A stretch of DNA of 63,279 nt, the filler included, from Globobulimina sp. (lineage: Eukaryota): NCBI GenBank assembly GCA_003354225.1. It is 17 parts of 17 records of this genome, joined end to end, with 100 filler letters (N's around TTAATTAATTAA, not from the genome) between each part and the next. Parts side by side here need not be neighbours in the genome. Positions count along the whole stretch, not along the records: positions 22,382 to 26,010 come from PIVH01002361.1; positions 26,111 to 29,739 come from PIVH01002362.1; positions 29,840 to 33,468 come from PIVH01002363.1; positions 33,569 to 37,196 come from PIVH01002364.1; 13 more parts are not named here. One strand, given 5' to 3'. The position numbers and the translations under genes are program-made. Positions within the stretch are counted from its first letter, which is position 1, and each line of letters begins with the position of its first letter. Positions 23,368 to 34,443 of this stretch are shown here, in pieces. Under the pieces are notes generated by a model. That model did not search any database and was not told the origin of the DNA. It was given only the letters and a program-made list of their open reading frames with translations.

Positions 23368-26010
23368 TTAGGATTGTTTTGTCAAAAGCTTAATTTCAAC
23401 CATATAATCAGTTTTATCAACAATTGGCATTACACATACTTTTGCATTTACTAAATACACACATTTTTTATTAATATTCATATAAATTTCATACCATTCA
23501 TTATAATTTCCAAAATCAAATGTTTTTATTTGAATTTGTGCCCTATCAAATGTCTTGTCATCGGATATATTCTCCACAAATAATACAATCTCTGTTTCTT
23601 TTTTATTGTTTGTGTCTTTTTTCAAACAAACATTAACTTCCAATGTATCATTATTATTATTATCTTGACACAATCTATGTGATATTTCATATGGATTAAA
23701 TTCAAACAACAACTCAATTTTCTCAAAATAATAAACATTATCATCATTATTCATCTCAAATCCACCTAAACTCCCTACCATATCATTCATACCTTTTGTT
23801 GCGTGATATCTCCGTCTCATACCACCCTCATTAATACCCGTCTTCATTCCCCTTTTATCAGCAACCACCACCTCATTCACCTCCACTGTCATCTTATCAT
23901 CCTTTCCATATTGAATACAAAATTCAAAATTACCCTCAAATCTACATTTCTCAATCTCACCATACGTATCCAACACCAATCTCCTCCGTTCTCCATCCCA
24001 ATCAAAACCATCCTCATCCTCCGCCATCTGCTTTGCTGCGGAGGCCAACGGACCAGCAAACTGAGTATGCGGATACAACTGTGGGTTATACGACGTATCC
24101 CCACCTCCGCCACCATTAAATCCATATGGATCATTTCTATTACCCGATGGCGGACGGAATCTCCCACCTCCACCACCGTCAACAGGTCCATGCCCATGTC
24201 CTTTCCCTTTCCCTTTCATTGACCGTAAATTCATTCCACCAAAATACGGATCCTTATGAGGGTTATAGCCATTTCCACCAAATGGATGAGTAAAATAATT
24301 CTGCTTCGCCATATTATTTAAGTTACCTTGTCCAGGTTGACCAGACACAGACTTCAACAGTGATTTCATCATCTTTTCTACAGCAGACCCTTGTGGTTGT
24401 GGTTGTGGCTGTGTCTGTGTTTGGCTTTGGGTGTCGTGCATACTCATACTCTTACCCTGGCCCATCATATTTAATCTTCCTTCCAACCGATCCAATCTCC
24501 GCTTCATCCTCGCATAACGTTGCCTATTCGACCTGGTCCAGCCATGGCCAGCCCTCAATTCCTGCAAAGCCATACCACGTTTTTGACTACGTTTAGGTCT
24601 ACGTTTATGTCGACGTTTAGGTCTACGTTTATGTCGACGTTTAGGTCTACGTTTATGTCGACGTTTAGGTCTACGTTTATGTAGACGTTTAGGTCTACGT
24701 TTATGTAGACGTTTAGGTCTACGTTTATGTAGACGTTTAGGTCTACGTTCTTGTCGATACTCATCAGTATCCTCGCCCGTTTTGACCCTTTTATGATTCT
24801 TTAACTGTGCCAATTGCAGTTCCGTTTTCTTTTCGGCAATTTCAGATTTTTGTTGAGCTTTCAGCAACGCAAATTTTTCCTGTTCATCGCGCTCTGTCGG
24901 CGGGAACAATAAATCTTTTATCTCCATATTCGGAGTCTGCTCCTTTGCATTGCAAATAAACCATTTCTTTTGCGCACATTCTTCGTTTTCCCAGACACCG
25001 GACTCGGACTCTGTAGTTAAGAAAACGCATTGTTTCTCGTAAGCATCTTTGGGAAACGCAACAGCCCAGTTCCTAAACGATACAATGGCTTTATTCTGCC
25101 ACCATTCCCATAAAATGCCGCTTTTCTTTTTAAAGCCAATCCAGCAATCTTTCTTTTTACCGAAATGGTTACCGATCGAGTTGCAGGCTGCTTGGGCATC
25201 TTTTTGCTGCCAAACGTTGCGTATAATGGCTAATTCTGAGCCGTACTTCATTTTGCAATATAAATTAGCTTTGAACCACGTGGCTTCTTTGTATACGCCA
25301 ATATAATCACCGATGGCATGTTCGGTGACTTTCTCGCAAATGGCGTATCTCTCTCGGTCGCAGGGCAAGTCGTTCCAGCGTCCATCTTTGTACATTTCTG
25401 CACACTGCTCCCTACCACCGGCGTTATTTGGTTCTCCTGTCACACATTGGCGGTATATTTAGTATGTAAATGTTGTATAATGTGTGATATAGGTACCTGG
25501 CGCCCAGTTTTTATAGGCAAGCGGATGTCCGTCGATCCAATTTTTTGTGTTTGGCCAACTTTTTGATTTTTGGTCTGCTTGAAGGCCAATCCAACAACTT
25601 CCAGCACCTAATTCACTGCATAGTTTTTGCACGGTTGCTTGTTCAGCCTCATCCCGTATGGACGCTAATTCTGCATAATATTCATGGCACATAGCGGAAG
25701 CATCTATGAATTTGCGTTTGTAACCTTTTTCTCCAATAAATCTGCCCAGTTTTTTATGGTGTTCGGTGGTATGATCGTATTTATTCCATGCTGTATAGTC
25801 AAAGTCTAATAATCTCCTTTTTTGCTGGTCGTGATGGTGTACATAGGATACTTCGTTCCAATCAGCGTCTAATTGCCAATCTAATTTTAGGTTGTCGTTA
25901 ATGATAAATGATGTATTTATTAATTGTATTTTGATGTTTTTATTGTTGAGCAATAATTTATTTGTATCATTTTCTGCGTTTTTTATGTTTTCTAGTTCAT
26001 AATGATATGA
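23368..26010 (-). CDS. Secreted-type protein with C-type lectin domains, a polybasic repeat and a Gly/Asn/Pro-rich region; 5'-partial
   Basis: CWIGL...NWAPG/EPNNAGGREQCAEM...WNDLPC (EPN and WND motifs), and a second CTLD CWIGF...WENEEC...FICN. Intron 25437-25496. Confidence 0.8.
24580..24747 (-). repeat. Coding 24-bp tandem repeat x7 encoding RRPKR(L/R)HK (last unit RRPKRSQK)
   Basis: + strand unit ACGTTTAGGTCTACGTTTATGT(C/A)G, itself built from a 12-bp subunit. Confidence 0.95.
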
Positions 26011-26110
26011 NNNNNNNNNNNNNNNNNNNNNNNNNNNNNNNNNNNNNNNNNNNNTTAATTAATTAANNNNNNNNNNNNNNNNNNNNNNNNNNNNNNNNNN
26101 NNNNNNNNNN

Positions 26111-27518
26111 ATGGAAAGCAACGATAACATTCCTGCGAATTCATCAATTTATTCCAACAAATGTTTACCGTTTATGCAATGTATTTGGAATTTTAAATTT
26201 TGGATATGGATTTTTAGTGGGACGGTATGCTAACTTTGCTTTGCTTCAATTTGTCTGCTAATTATAATAACATTTAATTGATATTAATTTATACGTATAC
26301 AGCGCAATGATATTATGGTACACTGTTAAATTGCAAAGATATGAACAAAACAACATAATTGGAAAAATATTGATGATCCAATTCGAAGATAACAACACAC
26401 GCAAAAAATTGCCGTTTATTTACAAACATCGCAATTTGCTTTCAAATCCTTTTAAAATGTTTGCGATATTACAAGCAAGCTACGTGTTAATTATCTCAAT
26501 TTACGCGTTTTTCTTATTTGCATTGGACAATGCCACATTGGCCTGGAATTTTATTGTTGTCACCGTGTTGTTGCTTCTCTTTTTTTTAACATGGCTAATC
26601 ATCGAACTTTGGATGTGCTCGAAAGGAAAGCTAAAATATTCTGACAATATTACGGTACAAAGCAGTTTTATGGATAACTTTAACTTTCGATGGGAAATTA
26701 CTGGACTGTATGCAATTTTTTTTATATTTGTTCCTTTGCGAAGTTGGCTGGCGATAAAATATAAAGTAGATGAAGAGTCAGAATACGCGCATACTGCATT
26801 GGTATGGATCGCATTTTGTACTTTACTGCCACAGTTTTTAGGGTTTTTAGTTCAAACTGTCATTCCTTATTTGACATTTAAACGAAAGCGCACTGTCTCA
26901 TCACCAACGCTCGACGAAATATTCCAGATATCATCCCCATCAGTTTTGTTTGGGGTTTTATCCAATAAACGTGCATTATCGCTATTTGTGGAGCATTCAG
27001 TGCAAGAATTAAATGTTGAAAACATTTGTTTCTTGTTAGATATTTACCAGTTTAAACGTGTGCAACATGAACTTAGTTACGATCATTCAGAATCGAGTTC
27101 AATTGGAATGGTAAACCCAATTCCATCGATATCCAGACTGCGTTCAAGCCTTCAAAATGAAATTGTTTTTAACCGAAAAACATTGGCAGAACTACCATGG
27201 GATGACATCCCTTCAACTAATCTACATTCGAAACACAGAAATAAGTATATTTATGCAACTAAAATCTATCAAAAATATGTGGATTCAAGTTCCGCAAATG
27301 CTGTAAATTTATCTGGTATTACGCGAGAATATATTGGCAAATGGTTGCAGCAAATTCAATTATGGCAATACAACAAATCCGGAGATATTAAGACAGAGCG
27401 ACAATACACTCAACAATTATCGGAGTTGTTTGATTTTGCGTTACAAGATTTATATGACAATTTATCTGATGTATTGTCTCGATTTCGCAGAAACCACACT
27501 GCAGCAATCGACGATTGA
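26111..27518 (+). CDS. 7TM-RGS protein, 5'-partial
   Basis: TM segments, then LSLFVEHSVQELNVENICFLLDIYQFK...ATKIYQKYV...NAVNLS...LSDVLSRFR, an RGS domain. Confidence 0.8.
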
Positions 27519-27611
27519 TTTTTGCATTGTTTTTGCTCATATATGAATTATATTATTTTTAAGTTCAAAGTTTTTTTAAAACCTTTCCTTCTTCCCTTCA
27601 ACACATTTTGC

Positions 27612-27975
27612 ATGCGTGCCGCATTACTTCTTTGTGCAGTGGCATCCGCCACAAACCCAACAGCTCCTCAACCGCGAGTGTTGGCAACAGTGCCAGTTGT
27701 ATTTGGTGGTTATGACATAATGGAATATTGGAGTTCTGATCGAGCAGTTAATGGGCAAAACTAATTATGCCATGAATATTACTTCAAAAGATCAGAACCA
27801 TATATCTCGCATATATCAAATCCGATTTTCATCATCAGCCAACATGAATAAATTCAAAGCAAATCAAACACATTACTTGCCACAATATGGTGGCTTCTGA
27901 GACTATGGATGCTGTTGCGACTGTGATCTAATAATGAAATTAATTCTTTCCATGTCCAAATCTTTAAATTTGTAA
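27612..27975 (+). pseudogene. YHS-domain (seleno)protein-like gene with in-frame TGA at the Cys/Sec position and a +1 frameshift
   Basis: Signal-like MRAALLLCAVASA, then VFGGYDIMEYW. After a +1 shift near 27750: IRFSSSANMNKFKANQTHYLPQYGGF(TGA 27898-27900)DYGCCC. Confidence 0.6.
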
Positions 27976-28834
27976 CATCTGATGGTTGACTGTCATATAT
28001 TGGTTGATTTACGGCGTATATTGGAATTATACGCCAATGTCCGGTGCGCATACCCCCATTGGATATATTCTGACAAAGTTTTTTTATTTTTTTGCTCGTA
28101 CAATAAATATAATTTCTGGTGTAAATATACTCATTTATGGTATTTATGTGGTGTCCGTTGTTGCGAGAAGTTATTTTTTCAGTTAAATAAGAATAAGAAT
28201 AATAGTGCACCATTATTGTTTAATGTATCTCGTGGGAATGTCCAAAGTGGAGCAGTTACGCACTTTAATTATGAACCAAAATCAATGATATCTACAGAAG
28301 TCACTTATGATAATGATCTGTGTCAATATTCGGAAGTAGTCTGCAATCCACATTCGAATGCTTGTTGTGTGATAGACAAAATATGTCAATTATTAAATAA
28401 GATAATGATAATAATAAAGATATTTATAGCTTTGGTCAACGATTCGAATATGAACATGATATACATTCAAACAATAAATGGCTCGTCGCAGCAAAGCATA
28501 AAGATTTAAAGGATGAATTGATAAACAATGAAATATATAGCATCGACATTGATATTTACAATGATGAATATGATAAATGTACGCAACATATGGAAACAAA
28601 GTATGTGAAAGGAATCCAAGATGCAAATATTGAAAATAAAAACATTGAAATGGTATTAATAAATTCTCATATTTTATCATTATTAGTATATTGTAATTGC
28701 ACTGTGTATCAAAATAAATGGAGTGCCTCTTTTCGTAGAATATCGTCAAATGAAACTGACCAATCCTTTAAAAAACGACACTCAAATTTTTATTTTTCTT
28801 CATTATTTTTAAGAGATCTTATTGAACATTTTGG

Positions 28835-29096
28835 GAGCCTAGGTTTCCTAAATAGTTGCCGCGCAACTATTTAGTTGGTATTTCAGACTAAAAACGAAAA
28901 TAGGCAACTTTTTAGTTGCTTTTTCAGTACAAAACCGAAAATGGGCAACTATTTAGTTGCTATTCCAATCTAAAAACGAAAATGAGCAACTATTTAGTTG
29001 CTTTTTCAGACCGAAAACGAAAATGTGCAACTATTTAGTTACTATTTAGCAACTATTTAGCAACTATTTAGGCAACTATTTAGGAAACCTAGGCTC
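28835..29096. mobile_element. MITE (non-autonomous DNA transposon), 262 bp, 26-bp TIRs, 8-bp TSD CATTTTGG
   Basis: Left TIR GAGCCTAGGTTTCCTAAATAGTTGCC and right GGCAACTATTTAGGAAACCTAGGCTC are perfect reverse complements. CATTTTGG occurs at 28827-28834 and 29097-29104. Confidence 0.92.
28862..29080. repeat. Internal MITE repeats: four ~41-bp units plus ~11-bp GCAACTATTTA units
   Basis: Each unit begins with a near-copy of the hairpin GCAACTA-TT-TAGTTGC, followed by a T-tract/CAG...AAAACGAAAAT segment. Confidence 0.85.
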
Positions 29097-30012
29097 CATT
29101 TTGGAGTAAAGTTAGTGGATGTAAGTGATAAAACATTTTTCCATGGCGTCAGTCAAGTATTATTTTTTGATCGCACAACAACTCAATTTAATGGTCCATT
29201 GAGTACTTCTGAGGAAATGAATGTTGCATTGACATTCACACAAAACCATGGAATAATATTAGAATTACAATATTCGTTTTCCATTTATGTATTAAATGCA
29301 AGATTTTTTCAATGTGCATATTTATCAAACTATACAAATGAAAAAGAATGTTTGTTTGTTGGTGGCTTACCACTTATGATAATTAAAAATATTTACAATG
29401 TTACGACTGGTGAAATATATAGAAAATATATAAATTCTTTAAATATAATTAATTGTTTGATGAATGGAACTTATTCGGCAAAAGCAAACAATAATAATTA
29501 TGATGTAGATGACAAGTCAATTGATTTATGTTTTGAATTATTACTGTATAGGTTACCTAAACCAAGTATTGATTGCGATTTTCCTCAATATGTTGTTAAT
29601 TTAATTAATAAATATTGTGTAAATTTAACAAATATTATGATATTTTGGGGAAAGGCGTTGTCCCAACTTGTAGAATTTGAACGGTAGTTTCGCAGTTGTC
29701 CCAACATGCACACCGTCAGATTTGAAAGAAAGAGTGGATNNNNNNNNNNNNNNNNNNNNNNNNNNNNNNNNNNNNNNNNNNNNTTAATTAATTAANNNNN
29801 NNNNNNNNNNNNNNNNNNNNNNNNNNNNNNNNNNNNNNNGACTATATTTTGAGTGCGGTTTAACGATGATTGTACAACGCATTAAAGCACTAATTATATA
29901 AATTAAACGATGAGTTACGTTCAAATTCTATGATCATGAATACGAAAAATAGTGACAAAAACGAATATAATGGATATATTTGACAAACAGTATACAATTT
30001 ATACAAAACAAT

Positions 30013-31925
30013 TTATCTCCATAATGAGGTTCTATTTTTTAATTTTGGTTTTTGTATTTTTGGCCGTTTCAATTTCTTTTTCTTTCTCCTTTGTAACTGC
30101 ATAGCTTCTATTTTTTTATGCAATGCAAATTCATTCACACTTTGACATATTTCAAATGCATAATCAATTTGAAACATTGACGACGTTGAATGTAACGTCA
30201 ACTCAGGTCGTTGCGTTGCAGCTTTCTCTCCATTTTTAACATTCCTTCTCTCCGCATTATACTTCATTCTTTCCTCCATTTTATTATCTCCGTCACCAAT
30301 ATCTACGTTGTCTTCTTTAGTATGAATATTATCAAAATTTGGCACAACCAAAGTTTTAACAGACTCGCCACACATTGGTACCGTACCATTGCTCGACTTT
30401 CTACTTTCAGCAAAAGGAAATATGGCAGAAATCTCCGGATCAAATCTGAAACTCTTTGCAGTTGGTGTTGCATTTAATACTGCTTCATCTACATACAAAC
30501 AAGTATTAATTATATAATTTAGAAACTGCAAAAGTCTGTAAATCAACACTGCAGTAGAACTCAACTCGAATATTCAGTTGCATCGAGATTTGGAGACTGT
30601 GATGGTGTCCGTGTCTGTGTAACAGCATGTGTCGGTGTCCTAGGCTCGGCCATCAAACTAAATTCCATGCTTTCAATGGCAAGCTTACACTCCTTGTTTG
30701 CTGTAATGACAACCGGTGTGGTTGGAGCTGACAATGAATGCATTATTCTGGTGCTGAACAATGCTGTTTCTGTATACAGTGTGCGGGTTTTCTGTTGCTT
30801 CACTGCATCCGCAGCGGATTTAGCATGTTCTATTCTTGATAAAGGCACTATATATATGTTATAACAATAATTATTTGTATTTCGTTGTTCATACTGTACT
30901 TAACAGAGCACGTCATCATCTTCGTCGTCACTGACGAATATGGTGATAGTTCCAGATTTTTTCTTTTCGTCAATATTATTAACATGTTTTTGCTGAAGCT
31001 TTGGTACTGGAACAGTCAAACGCTGCTCTTCGACAGTTTTAGCAGAATTATTGCGAGCTATGTGTTTCTCGATTTTATCTTCACGCAAAGAATACAGCCA
31101 TATTGATTCAAATATTCTATGTAAGCAACCACAGGTTTTGCTATATATCTTTGTGAAATAATTAAATGCCAAAACAATGCACAGAAAGTTGGTGTAGATA
31201 TCCAATGTAATGAGCAAATCGCTGATAGCCAGCATATACGGCGATGGCTGGAAATTAAGATTGAAGCGATAAATGATAACAATCAATGATAACATTGTGG
31301 TAAATATAGAGATCGATGATAAAGTCGTAGTTTTAGCAACGATTGAAAGCATTAACATATTAGCTGTGTTGAGTTGGTATATTTCAATTAGTTTGGAATT
31401 GAATGAGGAGATAATGAATGTCATCCATGTGAGTGTTATCAGGCAAATGCAGGCCACACAAATACACCATACAATGGTCCCTCGTATTTGCACGTCGTTG
31501 GCCACAAATACAAGGAAGATAACCAATGCCGCAACGTATGTATATCGGAACTGTTTGATTGTTTTTGTTGGCAATTGCATGGTTCCCGTGTCGCGAAATG
31601 TGTTTGTTAAACGAGTGAATAATGAGAGCAGCAGTGAGTAGTACTGCAATATGTACATTATACCAAATATGCGATGTATAATATGAGCGGAGTTGGCAAT
31701 GCGTAGATAATGTAATATCAATATGCTGTTCCATGTGGATAAAGATAAAAACGTGTTGGTAATGAGGAACAATCCAATTAAAAACAAAGTTCTTGTTGTT
31801 GTGGTTTTAACTGTCAGTTTCCTGTAGTTTTGGATAAATGATCGTAGAACAATGAGCGTTGATAATGACATGATTGTTGTTAAACAAATATTTAAAATGC
31901 TGAAAATTAAAGACAACACTTGCAT
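30013..31925 (-). CDS. 7TM GPCR-like membrane protein with long cytoplasmic tail; 3 exons
   Basis: About seven hydrophobic segments. Phase-1 GT-AG introns 30848-30904 and 30489-30565 join the three ORF-track pieces into one frame. Confidence 0.7.
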
Positions 31926-31973
31926 GATTAATGATTTGATGTAAAAAAACGCGAAAATCTTTTCACTGCAAAG

Positions 31974-33074
31974 ATGATGCGCTCTTTAATTCGCACAAAG
32001 CAAATGTCAAAAATACCACACTTGACATTAACATCCAGACCTGTCGCCATTCAATCATTTCAATGTCGTTCTTTTAAAATACTGCTCAAACCAGATACAA
32101 CACCACATATTGTCACACCATATCGGTCAGATATCGATATTGATGGCATGAAATTAAATATGAAGTTGACAGAAATGAATATGATTTCATCATATTTAGA
32201 TACTTACGATCCAATATTACGGCAACTAAGAACGAATTTGGATAATATAAACAATAAATATGTTTCCAAATCGATATCAATATCAATTCCTGGCTTTAAA
32301 TGGACAAATAAAGCTGGAAAAACTGCGCAACATAAAATTATCGAATTAAGCAAAGAAATCGACGAAATATGTGACAAATTGACTGAATTTTGCCTTCATG
32401 CTAACAATATTAGCAACCATAACTTTGATAAATTATTTGATAATATCAACAAAGTCAGCAATAAATGTAACAACGAAGTGAATAATAAGCAAATAATTAT
32501 TGATTTATTGAATAAACAGCAACAACTTGTTGTAAATATGAAACGTGATATAAACGCATTACAATTTGGTTTGGAAGAAACAAAAAAAGAATTGACACAT
32601 AAAAATAATGAATATGATGCACTTACTACTAAATATGAACAGCATTATGGAGAGATTGAGGCAGATATTCATCGTTTAAATGCGAACAATAATGAGCTGA
32701 AAGAAAGTTATAGCAAATATAAAATAAGATATTCCATCGTTTTTGCTCTTTGCAGTGTGATTGCTGTTGTTGTGATTGGTTGGTATCGACAGGAAATACA
32801 AAATAAACAAGTTTTGATGCAGGAAATGGAAACAATACATATGACAAAAGACATTGGATTGAAAAAATTGGAGTATCAGAAAAAAAAACTTGAAAATATT
32901 TTGATGCAAAAAGATGATATATTACGGATTATGCAAGATATTGGGATGAAAAAAGGAGAGATATTGAAATATAATCAAGATATTTTATTGAAAAAGAACC
33001 AAGAAATTGAAACATTGCAAAAAGAATTGCAAGTTGCTTCTAATCGCGGTTTATGGAGTTATCTGTTTGGATAA
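31974..33074 (+). CDS. Coiled-coil protein with one TM and a mitochondrial-like presequence
   Basis: Arg/Ser-rich, acid-free N-terminus (MMRSLIRTKQ...FQCRSF), heptad-rich body, TM YSIVFALCSVIAVVVIGWY. Confidence 0.65.
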   Translation: MMRSLIRTKQMSKIPHLTLTSRPVAIQSFQCRSFKILLKPDTTPHIVTPYRSDIDIDGMKLNMKLTEMNMISSYLDTYDPILRQLRTNLDNINNKYVSKSISISIPGFKWTNKAGKTAQHKIIELSKEIDEICDKLTEFCLHANNISNHNFDKLFDNINKVSNKCNNEVNNKQIIIDLLNKQQQLVVNMKRDINALQFGLEETKKELTHKNNEYDALTTKYEQHYGEIEADIHRLNANNNELKESYSKYKIRYSIVFALCSVIAVVVIGWYRQEIQNKQVLMQEMETIHMTKDIGLKKLEYQKKKLENILMQKDDILRIMQDIGMKKGEILKYNQDILLKKNQEIETLQKELQVASNRGLWSYLFG

Positions 33075-33568
33075 TTCTTCAAAGACTCATTATTATTATT
33101 ACTGACTTGATGTTTCCGCCTAACTGGAAGTACATTGGTCATACACTATATATATTCCTCCTGTTCATCTCAAATAATCATTTCTAGCTCATGCTACGAG
33201 TTTTTCCGACGGATTACACGGATTTACACCATCACCAGTGGTGTTTTTGGTAAACGGATTTAGACTCTTGCGATTGCGATGACTACAGCAAAACATTAAG
33301 ATTATCAGATATAATATGCACATATTTGTAATTAATCAGAAATGTATACGGTAAATGTACCACCATTAATATCCATTGCATATCCAATAGAGAGCCAATC
33401 CTGTTTTATCTGCACAATGTCATATTGTAATGGTATATCAATCAAATCAGCGATATTTATATCATCTANNNNNNNNNNNNNNNNNNNNNNNNNNNNNNNN
33501 NNNNNNNNNNNNTTAATTAATTAANNNNNNNNNNNNNNNNNNNNNNNNNNNNNNNNNNNNNNNNNNNN

Positions 33569-34203
33569 TAAGTTTCCCATTGGGAAGAATGAAGGGATCG
33601 TATCATAAAACAGATATATATCCGGAGAAATTCTGCAACGGTGTCTATAATCCACCAATTGTACTGGCAATGTTGTTGTTTGATATGACATTTTCAGCGA
33701 TTTGCTTATATTTATTTATAAAACCGCTAATAAATATGATACGGAGCACGTATTTATTAATGGATGATAAGCACAGTAAGGAAGCAATAATAAGTGCGGA
33801 GTGCAATGAATATCATATGTGTGCAACTGAAGAATCTCCACATTCTAAAACATTTCAGCAAACTGCAATTAATTATAACGGAGTCAATGATAATTTTATG
33901 TCGTTGGTAGTGAAATATACAAATTTGACATTTATTTGCATGTTATCCACATGTGCCGGCTTATTAGTTTTGATGTTTTTACATAACACGACAACGTTCA
34001 TTACCGTCGATAATATGTTTATTTGTTTATCGACTGTCTTTATGTCAAAGTTCTATGAATTGTGGTATTTTAAGCTCTGCGGTTTTACACATAGCGTTTG
34101 GATGGTTGTCTGCACGCGATGTTGTATGGGTATTTCGTTGCGTCGTAAAGGTCGTGATAATGATTTGCATGGTATAGATAATGCGGATGGTACTTATCAT
34201 TGA
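33569..34203 (+). CDS. 7TM GPCR-like protein, C-terminal fragment
   Basis: FDMTFSAICLYLFIKPL...KYTNLTFICMLST...ITVDNMFICLSTVFM...YFKLCG; same pattern as the C-terminal TMs of 30013-31925. Confidence 0.65.
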
Positions 34204-34443
34204 GATAATGAATGAGCATATTTTATTTGACTGATTATATACGTTTTTACTGTATATATAGTGCTCCTTTTTTCAAACAATACAATGTATATAGAATATT
34301 AAAGACACATATTAAAAAGTACCGATTAAAATAACCCGCAACTTGTCCATATTTCCCACTACGGTGGTCGGATTTATTTATAATAAAAACAACATTTTAA
34401 TTTTTCACTAGGCTGTTTTTTCGTTTTTTTTTAATCTATTATT

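Larger units (their letters stand above)
28286..29687 (+). pseudogene. Lineage-expanded ART-like family gene, disrupted by a MITE and by an upstream frame break
   Basis: Removing the MITE plus one TSD rejoins LRDLIEHFG/VKLVDVSDKTFFHG in frame. Downstream motifs GPLSTS and SNYTNEKECLFVGG. The 5' boundary is approximate. Confidence 0.65.

Noticed and set aside
24580-24747. 24-bp repeat as CRISPR or telomeric repeat (TTTAGG-containing)
   Set aside because: No spacers, and it lies in frame within a long ORF; it is a coding minisatellite.
27750-27770. Euplotes-type programmed +1 frameshift at AAC-TAA in the YHS-like gene
   Set aside because: The site is not the canonical AAA-TAR and conserved genes in the window show no such shifts. 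A 1-nt indel is simpler, though untested.
28862-29080. CRISPR-like array of palindromic 16-bp repeats with ~25-bp intervals
   Set aside because: The intervals are homologous to each other, the array lies inside TIRs with a TSD, there are no cas genes and the context is eukaryotic.
28843-29092. MITE acting as a precisely spliced introner
   Set aside because: GT at 28843 to AG at 29092 leaves 20 extra nt and a stop. The other nearby AG acceptors tested were out of frame or hit TAG.
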